Below the pieces are notes generated by a model that made no database searches, had not been told where the DNA came from, and worked only from the letters and a program-made list of their open reading frames with translations. A stretch of DNA of 64,000 nt from the human T2T-CHM13v2.0 reference genome, Homo sapiens: the NCBI RefSeq assembly GCF_009914755.1, contig NC_060944.1; one strand, 5' to 3'. Below, one piece after another: positions 46,467-60,828 of this stretch. Made by a program: the position numbers and the translations under genes. The first letter of the stretch is position 1. Each line of letters opens with the position of its first letter.

Positions 46467-47560
46467 GAACTGTACTTACTCTGAGCCATGCATGCAACTA
46501 AAAGCCTATGTGCATTATCCACCCCACAACTCTCTTATTATTCCCCACTTACAGGAGAAGAAACTGAGGCACAAGGAGGTTTGTTGATTTGGGACTGATT
46601 TGGTTTTAAGTTTTGTTTTCTTCTCCACAGCTCCTGGACTTTTTAAAATTCCTGGAATTGTGTCTCTCTATCATGGGGCTGGTACTATTACCATACGTTT
46701 CAGAAAACAGCATCTGTTTACAAAGCGTTTTATTATACAACACAGAAATACATTTCACCCCAAATGATAACAGTGAACTTCAGCCCCCAGAATCTCCTTC
46801 TCCCCTTCGTGAAACAGAGCTGGGATGATGGCAGAGGACTCCAGAACGCACTGAGATTGTTCCTTGGCGTGACAAATGGCAAAGGACTCTAGAACGCACA
46901 GAGATTGTTCCTTGGTGTGACGGGCCAGACAGCACACCTTTCTTCAAGCCATTCTCACATCAAATAAAACGTTGATAAATCATTGTTTCTCTAAGCTTGA
47001 AAAATGCTACTAACTCAAGACAAGGTGAAAGTGAGTTTGTTGAAATCAACGTGAAGGATCGAGGGTACCAACTTGGAATGTAAAACCATAGAAAATACCA
47101 TCTGGGAACACGGAAATCATCTGTCTTATCTGGAAGCCTGTCTCCAGAGTGGCAAACTTAGGGACTGGTTTGAGGACAGAGTGTGCCCTGTGTGCTGGGG
47201 AGGGGTGTAAAGGACTGGGATGGAGGAGGGGGGGCTCCAGATGTTCTTTTACCCATAAATACACTGTACATCACCGTCTGCCACTGAAGCTTAAGGATTG
47301 AAAACCTTGGGGATGTTTCACTGGTTTTGCTTCCGCCTCTGCAATGTTTGAACTTGCATTTTCTGAGCCACGTATGCAACTAAAAGCCTTACATGCATTA
47401 CCCACCCTTCACCTCTCTTACTAGTCCTATTTACAGGTGAGAAAACTGAGGCACAAGGAGTTTTGCTGATTCGGGATTGTTACGGGTTTTAGGTTTTGTT
47501 TTCCTCCTGACAGCTCCTGGACTTTTTAAAATTCCTGTAATTGTGTCTCCCAATCATGGG
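46467..47560 (+). repeat. Diverged ~210-bp direct duplication (46467-46677 and 47349-47560)
   Basis: Shared ATGCAACTAAAAGCCT, AAACTGAGGCACAAGGAG and ACAGCTCCTGGACTTTTTAAAATTCCTG. Confidence 0.92.
46828..46921 (+). repeat. 2 x 48-bp tandem duplication
   Basis: ATGGCAGAGGACTCCAGAACGCACTGAGATTGTTCCTTGGCGTGAC repeated at 46876 with 4 substitutions. Confidence 0.92.
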
Positions 47561-50500
47561 CCAGGAATATGAGAATCAGCTGTGAACTTCGAGCCTGTCC
47601 ATCTCAAAACTCTTCATCTCCAAGACATTTCAATAGAGCTTTGCCAGTAAACAAAAATAAATACGGTTCGGTTTACCCAGAGGCCAAATCCCTTGTAATA
47701 AGTTCTGGGCCAGTTTCTTCCCAGAGCGGGAGAATATACAGTTGTAGTTTGAGTTGATTTTATTTCTTTGAGGCTTTGTTTTTCTAGTCTTTCAGGCCTT
47801 AACCTCACTCCCTCAGGAACAGCTGAAATATGAGAAGAGATCATATGGCCCCCAAAAAGTCCCCAGATTAACCAAGATTGATGCCACCCAGGGCCCAGTT
47901 GGGGTCAACACCCTGTGTCAGGTGCGCTCTCTGTATAATTCCTGTTTCCTGTGAGAAGAGCATTAAAGGCCCGTTAATGTTTTAAAATGAAATGCAACCT
48001 CTTAATAATCAGGTTTCTCCACTCTGCTAGGATTCCAAAAAAAAAAATCAGCAACTGACAAATGTTAAAAATTTCCTCGCTGCTAATCATGCTTTCCCCC
48101 GCTTCCCTTTCTTTCCCCCTCTCTTCTAACATGAATTTATTTTCTATTTGAAAGCCAATCTCACTGGTTATTAGATATTCTCCCTGCTGTCACTATCAGT
48201 AAATTATTAAACAGCTGACCAAGCTTTGTTTTAAAATGATTCTCTTATGAAGCTCAGTGATATATTTGCTATGAATACTGAATGGTGCCGCGGTCTCTAA
48301 GGTCACGTGAATGATTCCTATTTACTACCTTTAGCAAAATGTGTGTGCAATTAGCGGCAAGAACTTGACTTGAATCACAGTTACTAGGGATGCCTGTAGC
48401 TCATTTACATGGAGCTCCCTTTACTCATTACACTCCTGCCCAGGAGAAGCGTGTTAAGATTCTAGGCCAGGTCACGAAATAGCATATAGACTTGTCTTTT
48501 GTCATTCCTCACCTCCTTTCTTGTCTTGCCACTGCTGAGCCTTGACATACCTGTGGGAATCCTTTGTTTCATGGAGCAGCGGGTTCTAAGTGAATTTTTG
48601 CTTAAAGAAAATAAACGTGATTGAGAGAAAATTACTTACCTGTCTGTGTCTCTGCGTCTCATCTATAAAATGGTCGTCATAATTTCTACCTCACGGATTC
48701 TATAATGAGAACAAAGTGCTGAGCACAGTGCCTAGCATCGGGTAAATATTTGGGAGGTGATGGGTACTTATTCTCCTGTTGACTGCTGCATTAGTCCAAA
48801 CTCTCAGTTGTAAGTGACAGAGACCTATCTCCAATTCACCTGAGCCAAAGAGGAAACACAGTGGCTTCCCTAATCAAACAGTGGTTGAACAGTCAAGGTC
48901 TAACTTGGAAAACAGAAACTGCTTCAAGTATTTGCAACAGAGGGGATTTAATGCAGGAAACTGGCTACACAGATGATGAGAGAGCTGGGAGACCAGGAAG
49001 GGAGAGGAAGGTAACGCACAAATACACGAGCGCAAGAAGCTACTGCCAGGCCGAAGATGGATGGATACAGGTGCTGGAAGCCTAGGAGTACATGAATGCA
49101 TGGAAGCTGGAACGCTGACAGATGTGTTCAGGGGAAGCTGAGGCCAAGGAGGATACTCCTTTGCTGCTGGAGAAATTGCCTAACGCAGAGAAAGAGGAGG
49201 AGAAATTCCCTTGCTTCTCCTTTTCCCCTGCCTCCAGCATCCAATCAGCATCTTCCATTGGCCAAACCACTGGAAGCCAGCTGAAACAAGAGTCTGGGAA
49301 AATGAAGCCACCAGGGATCAGCCTCTCTGATTACAGAGCAGAGCAAGGAAAGGAAAGGCAAGGCATGAATCTGAAGGCAAAAAGGCTCAGGACCAGCCCG
49401 GATGGGAAGGGAAGTGTATGGCCAGCCTTAGATGCCAGTCAACCTTCACGAGGACTCTGCCTCTACCTCCTTTCTCTCAGTTCTTCAGCATTCTTCTCCC
49501 AGCACTGTTTGCCAATGGCAGAGAGCATGACTGAGGGTGTGCTCATATCCTCCTAATTCCATGTTCAGAGAAAACAGGAAGCTTTTCTCCCAGCACCAAT
49601 TTGAAGAATCCTGATTGGTCACATGCCCATCCCTTGAACCAATGACTGTGGTTGAGTAATGAAATACTATGACTTGTTTAACTTGAGTCATGTGCTCATC
49701 CCTGTTGGCAGAGAGGCTAGATTTGATCTGAGAGTCAGGGGGAAGGGTGCAGAAAAACAAGAGATACCCCCAAATTAGAGTAGGACTATTCTCTCAGTGG
49801 ACTAAGTCGGAAAGTTTTAAGAGTGCAATGGTCATTAGTCCCGTTCACTGAATATTTCTAATTTTCCTTCCAGAGACAGAGTAGGATGACATTTTTCTAT
49901 CTCCTTAGAATTAAGTGTGACAAGGTGACTTGCTTTTGCCAAGAAAATGTGAGCAGAAGTGATCCATGTTGCTTCTAGGTGGAAGCCTTTTAAGCAGTAA
50001 TATGCCATCTTCTCTTTGCTTTTGATACAGCGATTGGCAATGTTGTAGATAGTGGCTGTTCCAGCAGCCTCAGTCCCAGAATGAGAAGACATGGAGCAGA
50101 GCTTCCTACCGGTCCATAATGGGCATGTAGTGTGTGCCATAAACAAGCCTTTGTGTTTTAAGCCACCGCAATTTGCGGGTTGTGTATTACAGCAGTGTAA
50201 CCTGAACTATCCTGACTGGGTCTATAAGAAAAGTACTCAAAGCAGTGATTCTTCTGAGCTTTGTACCAGGGGCAGCTGCCCATCAAAACAATGCTGGACA
50301 CTAGCCTCAAACAACCAAAAATGTTAATAGAGGACAGTGAAAGAAACTGGATAGTACTTGATGTTCTTGGAATCACCAACTACTGCCACCCTTCCTCCTC
50401 TCCCTCATACCAGTCAACATATTTGCCCAGCTGGAAAATGATGGCTGTAATAAAAACTACCATTTATTGATCATGTGCCATATGCCACACACTGCATAAA

Positions 50501-52453
50501 GCATCTACTGGCATACTATCTTGACAACAGGTATGTGCAATAGACCCATATTTCAGATGTGAAAACCAAGGCTCACAGCAGCAATCTAACATCCCAAAGT
50601 CACAGAGCTGGTTGAGCTGGAATTCATCCTTTAGATTGTCTGACTTCAGAGTATGTGTTCTTTTTTTTATTCATTGGTTTAAAACAACAAAATTGCTCTC
50701 TTATCATGTAAAGTCTGCCATGGTTTGCACAATTTTTCAAGGGAGCATTCCATGACTGCACCACACCTCCCAATCAATAGATGCATCCTCACTTGCACAG
50801 GCAGAAGAAGAGGAAGTTGTAGAACTGTGCATCTGCTTTTAAATGCATTTGCTCACATTTTGTTGGTCAAACCAGTCACATGGGCACACCTAGTTTCCAG
50901 GTGGCAGGAAAGCATAATCCTATCAGATGCCTGAAAGGGGGAAGTAAAAAATATTGGTGAACAATACCAATGGCTAACATTCTGAGTCAGAGTATGTATG
51001 TTCTTAACCTATAAAATAATGTCTCCTTTATACACTCATATGAATATCCCCCTGTCTGAAACAATCTGTTCCTATTTGATTATACCTGCATTGTCATTCC
51101 TTCCTAGATGCTATGATCATTCCTGTCCTTGGTCATAAAAGATTTAAGAGACCTGATTGAGTAGTATTGGTGACTTGCTATCAAATCACTCTAATTGCTG
51201 GCTCCATGAAGGCCTTGACTCTGGCTCTGAAGACAACACTTTTGTCTTGACCCTTCTGACCAAGCTCTTTTTTTGTTCTCTAGATCTAAAAATAGGATCC
51301 CACCTTATACCCTTGTGTCTGAGCCCCTGCTTAATATTGTGCCGTAATGCCAAGCCCTCCAAGATGGGAGACTTGCTTTCACTGGTATTCCAGGGCTCGT
51401 TTCCTGGCACAGAGCACTAGTTTTGGTTTGGCATTTCTACCTCCTACCAGGCCTCCTTGTAGTGACTACTGACCTTATTCTGTAGTTGGCTACTAGGTTA
51501 TGTCTGGAACACCCCACCCCAGCTGGTCTGCTTCAACTGTAGCTAGTTTAGTCCCTCCCACAGTTAAGCAAACTTTACCTCTGATGGAATTCTTGCAACT
51601 GATGAGAATGTTACCCATACTTATCTTAACATATATAGTTTGATCATCTGTCATGTGCCAAAGTCAGACTATGTACTAGATATAAATTAGTGAAGAAAAT
51701 AGATACTCTCATTGCTTTAAGGAGCTTACTTTCTAATGAGAAGACAAACACAAGACAGATAATTACAACAGAGCATGCTGTACACTGTTATAGAAGTTTC
51801 TAAATTGTCCTGTTTCTACACTCACAGCTCCAAGAACACTGCTTTCCTGCCCCTCCTCTTTCCTGAGTGTATATTATTAATATATGCCTATAGAGCTGGA
51901 TTGCAGTACTACATTTCACCAATATGTGCCGCCACCTAACACACGCTGTGCCCAAGCCCAAAAGTAAGCTTCTTTTATTTAATTGTTAAACCTTGGCACC
52001 GGAAACCAACTGAGAGTTGATGAGGCTTGACCAGGGCATCAGTTGTTGAGACAAAGAGAAAGAGAAAAAAAGAAGGAGTCAAGAAATATTTAAGAGGTAG
52101 AAACAACAGGATGTGAGGACGAGAGAGGGGAAGGAGACCAGTTAAGGAAGACGCAGACTTCCTGAAAACTATGTAGTTAATACAAACAAGGAAGGGTTTA
52201 AGGAAGCCCACATCAAATGCTGAGCCACAGTTTCAGTTATTAGCTTTAGCTGATGAGTTTGGTGTTTCAACCATAAAAGTATTTTGGTAATAAACCATCT
52301 CTTATTTAAATGACAGTGACTAAGATTGTCTTTAGCAAACTCATAACTAGAAGCCATCAATCCACTAAGTCCCACAGCAGGATCTGATCCCCTTGCAGCT
52401 GGCAGGAGGTTAGAGGAAATCCCCCATGAATGTCCCTGAACACATATGATTGC

Positions 52454-52870
52454 TGTATTAGGCCGTTCTCACACTGCTATAAAGAAATACCTGAGACTGG
52501 GTAATTTATAAAGAAAAGGGGTTTAATTGGCTTACGGTTCCACAGGCTGTACAGGGAGCATGATGCTGGCCATTTGCTTGGCTTCTGAGGAGTCCTCAGG
52601 AAACTTACAATCATGGCAGAAAGTGGAGGGGAAGCCAGCTCGTCTTACATGGCTGGAGCAGGAAAGAGAGTGGGGAGGTACTACACACTTTTAAACACCC
52701 AGATCTCGTGAGAATGCTATCATCAGAACAACACCAAAAGGGTGGTGCTAAACCATCCATGAAGGATCCACCCCAATGATCCAATCACCTCTCACCATGC
52801 CCCATGTCCAACATTGGGGATTACAATTGAACATGAGATTTGGGTGGGGACACAGACCCAAACCATATCA
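52454..52870 (-). mobile_element. MST-type MaLR solo LTR
   Basis: TGTATTAGGCCGTTCTCACACTGCTATAAAGAAATACCTGAGACTGGG...CCAAACCATATCA. Confidence 0.88.
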
Positions 52871-54939
52871 ATCACCTACTGGATGCTATATCATTATCTC
52901 ACTAATTGTTTCCAGTTCTGAAAGCATGCATTACAATCCCCATTTCATGGAGAAGAAAGTAGAAGAGTGATAAATTTGCGGGACTCTTCTATGCTGGAAA
53001 TAAAACTATGCCTCAAAGAACTCATAACCTTTCAACTGCATTGTATTTCCTAGAAATGTCCACCAGATTTCTGTAAAGCACCCTGAATCCAGCTTGAAGT
53101 TGTCAGCCTTTGGCACCTAGAACTGTTTTTTTAAATACCATTCATTGGAAGATATAACAAAGAAATGGCAGAGCCCCAGGAACAGAACCTTATATCTTAG
53201 GGCCCAACACCTGATGTCAGCTGAGTCAAGAAGGACCAGGTGGTAACTTGAGAAAAGCAAGTGCTGCCATTCACTTTGATCCCACAGGCGTTTACTTATT
53301 GAAAAGTGGATGTTGAATTTGGAAGCCAGGCTCAGAAAGGCCCAAGTGCAGAATCTGGTTCCAATAAGTCAATTTAATATTTTAATTAATCATCACATTT
53401 TCCAACAGGCTCTGAAAGCAAAGAAAGAGATACGCTTTATCTATTCCTTAGAATGAGAGGAGGTTCTATGGAGATGGCAGAGTTAAGAGTTGGTGCTATT
53501 CATCTTCAAAGGGACTCGCTAACATAACAAACACTTCTTTCTCAACTTCTGAATCCATGAAGCCTCAAATGGAAATACTTTCTATCTGTTGGAAAAGCAT
53601 TCCAGTCAACGGAATCAGTCTCTTGACAAGGCAGTAATTACTGGAGCAATTTTAGCAGGTACAAAGGCATTTTTAGTAGTTTTAATTATTCAAGGGCCTG
53701 ATTAATTATCTAGTCTGTAGATCAGAGGCCAAGGGGGGGATAAAACTTATGAAAATGGTTACCATGACAGGATAAAGGGAGAATTCAGCCGCCTTCAAAC
53801 AGAAAGCTGCTCTCTGTGACTTTGCAGTTACATGTTTGTAACCTGCAGTGCTCACAGAGGATGGACCACTGGACTGGGCGCTTATAGTCCTGGGTTCCAG
53901 GCCTGGCTCCACCGCCGATCTGCTACATCCTTGCCTTATTCACTTTCCCCTATCAGGACTCTAAAATTAGTAGGTTCGGGGGCGGGGAAGGTATAGGGAA
54001 TACAATAGATGGTCTCTGGACCTCTGTCAAGTGTGCTACATTCTATAGTTCCATAGGGCTTTTTTAAAAGTATAGATTCTATTGAAATTTTTTCTGTGGA
54101 CAATGAAAATCCAGGGAAAGTTTATAAGCACGTAAGGGCTTTGATCATATTTTGAGTTAGGAAGACAGCCACCATGTAGGGCAGATCAACATGGGGAGAG
54201 ACTGGTAAAAGGTGACATGAGCCATGTCTGACATGAGTATGTTTTTACCTGAATGTCTGCTTTTGGGCAGAACAAAGGCCACCCCCGTTTATGGAGCCTT
54301 TCACCTCCACCTGTGGCCCCATGTGAGGTACTGCGGAGACACAGGCTCTGCCTTCAGGGAGTTTGCCAGAGCAAGGATGCCTTGCTCAGACGGTAGCCCA
54401 CTGATGGGTCTATCTGGAGAATGATGTCAGAATATTCTGGAAGCAGAGACATTGTCCACTTTCACTGACATGGCAAGTCAGACCTGGAGCCTCTCTGTAT
54501 GAACCTTCTCTGCAGATGCAGTGATGAAACCACCTCACAAACACGCCTAAGCCCTGTGTGGGCCCGATGGCTTCCCTTATGGAGTAATTGCCTTACCTCC
54601 AACATCACTCCTGACATGCATGCCTAGCTTTTATCCAGGCTCAAGTGGTAGGGATTCCATGTATGTTTCTCATATGAGACATTTTCAGTCAACGTTGGGA
54701 CAGTTGACAAAGCGCTTTCCAATTTGTTCTCTTGGTTCCTCCAGCGACCCACAGTGAGTTCCTTCTGGACTCCATCTCCTAGAGTGCAGCACAGAGGTTA
54801 AGAGGAAGACTATCTGGTTCAAATCACCACTTTGCCATTCCCTGGCTGTGTGACCTTGGACAAGTTACATAACCTTTTTGTGCCTCCGTTTTCCTATATG
54901 TAAAAAATGTACTGTTATAAAGATTAAAGTGGAGTGCCT

Positions 54940-55295
54940 TATAATAGACTGATGAACGTTCGTGCCCCTCAAAATTCATATGTTGAAACCCTAATCCAAT
55001 TATGATGCTATTTGGCACTGGGGTTTGGAGGAGGTAATTCAGTCATGAGGGTGGAGTCCTCTTGAATGGGATTAGTGCCTTTATGAGAAGAGATCAAAAA
55101 GCTAGCGAGGTCTCTTTCCACCATGTGAAGATGCAAGAAGTTAGCAATCTGCAACCCGGAAGAGGGCCCTCACCAGAAGCCAACCATGCTGGGACACTGG
55201 TCTTCCAGCCTACATAAATGTGACAAATAAATTTCTGTTATTTCTAAGCCATTCAGTCTCTGGTGCTTTGTTATAGCAGCCAGAATAACTAAGAC
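54940..55295 (+). mobile_element. MLT1A-like solo LTR
   Basis: CCCCTCAAAATTCATATGTTGAAACCCTAA...TTTGTTATAGCAGCC...ACTAAGACA. Confidence 0.8.
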
Positions 55296-55642
55296 ATGTC
55301 CGTACAGAGTACATGTACTGTAAATGAGAGATAAGTAAATAACAATGTACCTTTGTGCAGTTTTCTCTGAGTCTATAAGATTCAGTCACCCCATTACTAA
55401 AATGGGACAGTAATCCTTATGCACTTATTTTACAAATGTTATTTACTTAACAAATATTTACTGTGCTCCTATTAAGTGCCAGTCACTGCCGTGGGAGCTG
55501 GAGATACCACACTAAATAAAATGAGGTCTTTGTCTTTGTAGAGTTTGCTTTATTGTAGGTGCAGGGAGCAGGCAGGACAATCAAATAAATGTGCGATATG
55601 GAAAAATAGAAAGCAGATGGATGTGGTGGTGTGTGTGTTTTA

Positions 55643-56051
<409 letters not shown>

Positions 56052-59000
56052 TCATAGGGAAGGGCTGGTGAAAAAGGCCTGAGGCAGGACCATGCATGAC
56101 ATGTGCAAGGAACAGCTGAGGCCACTGTGGCCAAAGTACAGCAGGAGAGGAGAAAGTGGTAGGTGAGATCCCAGGGGGAGACTCGAGGCCTAGAGCACAC
56201 AGAGTCTCACAGGCCAGGTCAGGACATAGAGAGTATCCTAATGTTGATACTCTCATTGGAAGCCCGCAGTGGGATTTGAGAGAAGAGTGGGATGAGTACG
56301 GGCTGACATGGACACTAGTTACATAGGGCATGGCAGAATGTGAAACTGTGGTCCACCACAGACAGACACAAGGTGTTCAAGAAGTTAGGGGAGAGAGATT
56401 ATTTCAGACTCCAGAGAGCTTCAAGAAGGCAGCAGCATCTGAGCTAAGTATACGTTCAATGGGAGGAAGCCAATTTTCAGATGAAGAAGCGGCGAGCATG
56501 ATGCTTATGGGGTTCGTTTGTTGATTTATTCATTCATTCACTTACCACTGGCCCCTCTCTGCACTGCGTCCTGTTCTAGGTGCTAAGGATACAGTGGTGT
56601 GTCCATTTTATCCAGCCTGGCCCCTGTCTTCAATGAGTTCACAGTACAGGTTGGGTGGAGAGAATAGCTTAGGCTGGTGCTAATTCTTGTTAAGCCCCTA
56701 AGATTCCAGGCTTGTTACTACAGCATAACATAGGTTGTGATCTCCAGTATTGAGTGAGGTGCTGGTCATGTGTCGGCTTTCCTAACAGGTAGATATTTGT
56801 CACAAAGGCCATGACATGATGATATGCCCTCTGATTGAGACAGCTCCATCAGTAAACCCTCTTTACATTTACACCATCATCTTCAAGAAAACCTGTAGTG
56901 CATTTGGCCACCAGTATGGTACCAAGGTCCTAATAACAGTTCATCATCTCAAAGAAAAAAGTGAAAAACAAAACTAAAATCCATCCTAAGATAAGTCATC
57001 CCAAAGAACAGCAATCTAGCCTCAGTTTTAATCAAGCTCTTTAAGGAGTGCTTGCTTTGTGCCAGGGACTCTTCCAAGGGTTTCACAATAATTAACTCAT
57101 TTAATCTTCGCAACAGGCTGTAGCCCTGCACACACACTTCATCCTCACTACTTCAGCACACACTGCCTGATGTCCAGCTGCCAGCTCATGCATTGCTCTG
57201 CCTGAGACCTTTCTCTTCCTGACAGAGCCCACGTTGCAGCCTGAATGGCAGGCCAAAAGTGTCAGGGAACTAACACCCCCACTGGGCATATGCACTCACA
57301 TGGCACATGTACATTCATGCACTTGCACACGAAAGCAGTCCTCAATTAAGGCTGGCTTGGAGTTGGTGTATAAATACCCCACCTCCTTCACCCCTGGATT
57401 ACACGTTTTACCCTGAGTTGTGTGTTTTACAGTCTCCAGAGCTCCCCAGGGGGTTAAGCTCAAGTCACCTGCAGCGGTAACTTGCTCTTTCCAGTCTTCC
57501 TTTACTACTCGTCTACCTTCACCTCCCAATTAACTAATTGCTCTTAAATCTATGTCTCCGGGTGTTCCCCTGAGGGAACCAGCTTAAGACACAACCCTTT
57601 CTTTGAGGGAAGAAGGTACCATGATAATCATCCTTATTTTGTAGCCAAGAAAAGTAAATCAGAGTTTTCAAACTTATTGAGAGAGAGACTGAATAATTTG
57701 CCCAAAGTCAGAGCTGGTGAGTGGTAGATCCAGGCTTCACACCCAACCACCAGGCTCCAAGATCCATGCTATTAACCCCGACACTCTACTGCAAAAACAA
57801 CCCAAACCACTGAGCACCTGCCTCATTTCATTGGCTTTGTGAGATATGCACGTTGGTGAGCTACATAGATAAATACACATTGTTCCAGATTCATCTATAA
57901 CCTTCTCTTTGGAGATTCCAGCATGTAATTCAGAAGTGTGTTTGAGAAGGTATTTGATGTGATTTTCAATGCAGTGGCAGCCACAAGGTGATTCATCAGC
58001 CAGCTCTCTTTGACAGTGAATTGATCTCCCAGGTCAGGAAGCAAACCTCAATTTACGTAGGATGCACTTGGAATGCGTCCTCACAGTAGCACATGGGAGA
58101 TAAAGCACAGTCAATGACAGTTCTTGTCAATGAGTTTGTTATGGCAAGAGGGGAGATGTGGGGCTTTCCGGTCTGAGTGCTACCGCTGACACTCCAGATG
58201 CATGCTTTTTTTTTTTTTTTTTTTGGTATGATAAACACTTTGCCTGAGTCTTTTAGCCCTGCCTGTCAATTCCTTGACATTTCCAAGTCCTCTTTTGATC
58301 CAAGTATCTTCATCCAATAGCACAAAAGCAAAATGAGTACTTACTTGGTTCTCAGGCCATCAACCATTCTTTTTTCTTTCAAAATAGATCTCTCTGATTT
58401 TTCAATTTTGTTTCGTGTCCGGATGAGTAATTTCAGGACCATGAGGTTGGTGAAGTCTGAGCTTCCCCACTCAGAATTTCTTGCCTTCCTACAAAAAGAA
58501 AAAACAAAAAAAAAAAAGCCCATTGTAGCAAATTGTCCGTGTGATTCATTTGTTGCAGTCGCTGATGAAAAAATTTTTTTCTTGAAGGTCTTTCGAAGAT
58601 CCTGGACCATGATGATAGGAAATAACCCCAGAAAGTGAGGAAAGCAAGGCACAAAAACTTAATATTAATTTTATTTTGCCATTAGAAAATCTTATTCTTT
58701 TTGCTTTTGGGGCAAAATTTGAGCTATAGAGAATGATAAATTGAGAAATAGAAGATCTGATCAAAACTGCCTCTGCTAGCCTAAAGTTTAATGTTTTAAA
58801 AATACAATTTTATTTTTCTTATGTCTAGGTTTTCTGTTCTTTATTCATACCTTTAAAGAAATTAAAGTTCATATGGCTGGTTTCTTCCTGCTTCTCATAA
58901 AAGCGATCATGCTCAACCAACAGCTAGAACTAAGTTTACGAGAAAGAAAGGAGGGAGGGAAGGAAGAAAAGGGTGAAATGGGAGAGAGGGAGAGAAGGAA

Positions 59001-59737
59001 GAAAGGACAGGAGGGAGGAAGGAAGAGAAATAGTATGTGGAGGACATTCTTTCCATTTCAAAACTGTAACCACCTCACTGACTATCTACAATGAAAATTC
59101 AGTGGGCAGTCGTTCAATGCCTCACTTAACTCCATCTGTGTACATTCAACCTCTTAATGCCTTAGTTTTAGGGCAGGCCCATTTTATCCTTTTCATCATC
59201 TCAGGCACAAGGTAGTGGTGACTTCAGTCCAGAAACAGAGTTTCTTAGTGTACTTCATGCAACACATCTACCTTGAGGCACTTCTACACAAAGACACTTG
59301 CTGGATTCTGAAGGGCTAGGAAGATGAATCCGATACTATGTCAGTCAAGAGATTAGGTTAGGCCTAATGTGGCTAAGTTATGCCATGTGACAACCCCCAA
59401 ATCTTGGTGACTAGAAGCAACAAAAATTTATTTCTTGCCTATGCCACATATCTGTTGTGGAAACACAGAAGCCTTCAATCTACAGTGTCCTCACTCAAGG
59501 ATCCAGGCTGAGGGAGGCTCTATCTCTGTTCTTCCATGATTGCTAAAGCAAGAAAATCGGGATGTGGAGAATCCCACACTGTCTTTTTCAAGACCCCACC
59601 TGGAAGTGGCACAAGTTACTCTGCTCACATTTGATTGGTCAAAGTAAGTCACATGGTTATGGCTTAGTTCCAGGAAATAGGAAAACACAGTCCTATGTGC
59701 CCACAAAAGGAGACAATTAAAATATTTGGTGACCAGC

Positions 59738-60108
59738 TGCAATGGTTTGAATGTTTGTCCCCTCTGAAACTCATGTTGAAACTTAATCTCCTTTGTAATA
59801 GTATGAAGAGGGTGGGAAATCCGACTATGGGATTTGAGAGGTGGGACCTTTAGGAAGTAATTAGGATTAAGATAAAGTCATGAGGCTGGAGCATTAGTCA
59901 ATTTATAAAAGAAAGGCCTGAGCTAGCACTCTCAGCCCCCTCACCATGTGATGTCCTGTGCCACCCGGGAATCTGTGGAAAGTCCCACCAGCATTAAGAT
60001 CCTCAACAGATGTGCCCAGCCTCCAGAACTATAAGAAATACATGCCTTTTCTTTGGAAATTGCCCAGTCTCTCGTATTCTGTTATGGCAACAGAAAACAG
60101 ACTAAGAC
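59738..60108 (+). mobile_element. MST/MLT1A-type MaLR solo LTR
   Basis: TGCAATGGTTTGAATGTTTGTCCC...TGTTATGGCAACAGAAAACAGACTAAGAC. Confidence 0.78.
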
Positions 60109-60475
60109 TAACAAAGCCAACCAGACATCGCATTCTTGATATGGAGGAGCTCATTGTCTTTTAAAGATAGCAAAGCCAAAAAATCTTTTTAGCGGTTCCC
60201 TAGGAGAGGAGCAAACTAAACGTCACAAGCTCAAAGGCAGACCTCACCCAGGAAGAAGAGCCTTGGAAAATAAGCTGGATTTTTACAAGAAAAGATGAGA
60301 AATCAGGCTTTTTAGGTGCAAAGAAGAGCAGAGCAAAGAAGAGAGGTCAAGAACACGTGAGTTATGCTGCATGAGACTGAGTAGTTTGTTCTGTCGTAAA
60401 CAGAATGTGTACTTAGCAATGTATAAAAATTAAGAAAGATGGTAGGATCAGCTCATGGAAAAATTGCATGACAAG

Positions 60476-60828
60476 AGATATGGTTTGGCTGTGTCCCCAC
60501 CCAAATTTCACCCTGAATTGTAATAATCCCCATGTGTCAAGGGCAGAGCCAGGTGGAAATAATTGAATCATGGGGGTGGTTTCCCCCATACTGTTCTCGT
60601 GGTAGTGAAAAAGTCTCAGGAGATCTGATGGCTTTATAAATGGGAGTTCCCCTGCAAACACTCTCTTGCCTGCCACCATGTAAGTCCCTTTGCTCTTCCT
60701 TTGTCTTCCTCCATGACTGTGAGGCCTCCCTAGCCATGTGGAACTCTGAGTCTATTAAACCTCTTTCCTTTATAAATTACTCAGTCTTGGATATGCCTTT
60801 ATTACCAGCGTGAGAACAGACTAATACA
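60476..60828 (+). mobile_element. THE1-type MaLR solo LTR
   Basis: GATATGGTTTGGCTGTGTCCCCACCC...GAGAACAGACTAATACA; TSD ACAAG/CCAAG. Confidence 0.9.

Noticed and set aside
58333-58764. Cluster of ORFs and a minus-strand GTAAGT donor as a possible upstream PTPRT exon
   Set aside because: Low-complexity A/T-run translations, no CpG promoter or clear acceptor; a single donor hexamer is insufficient.
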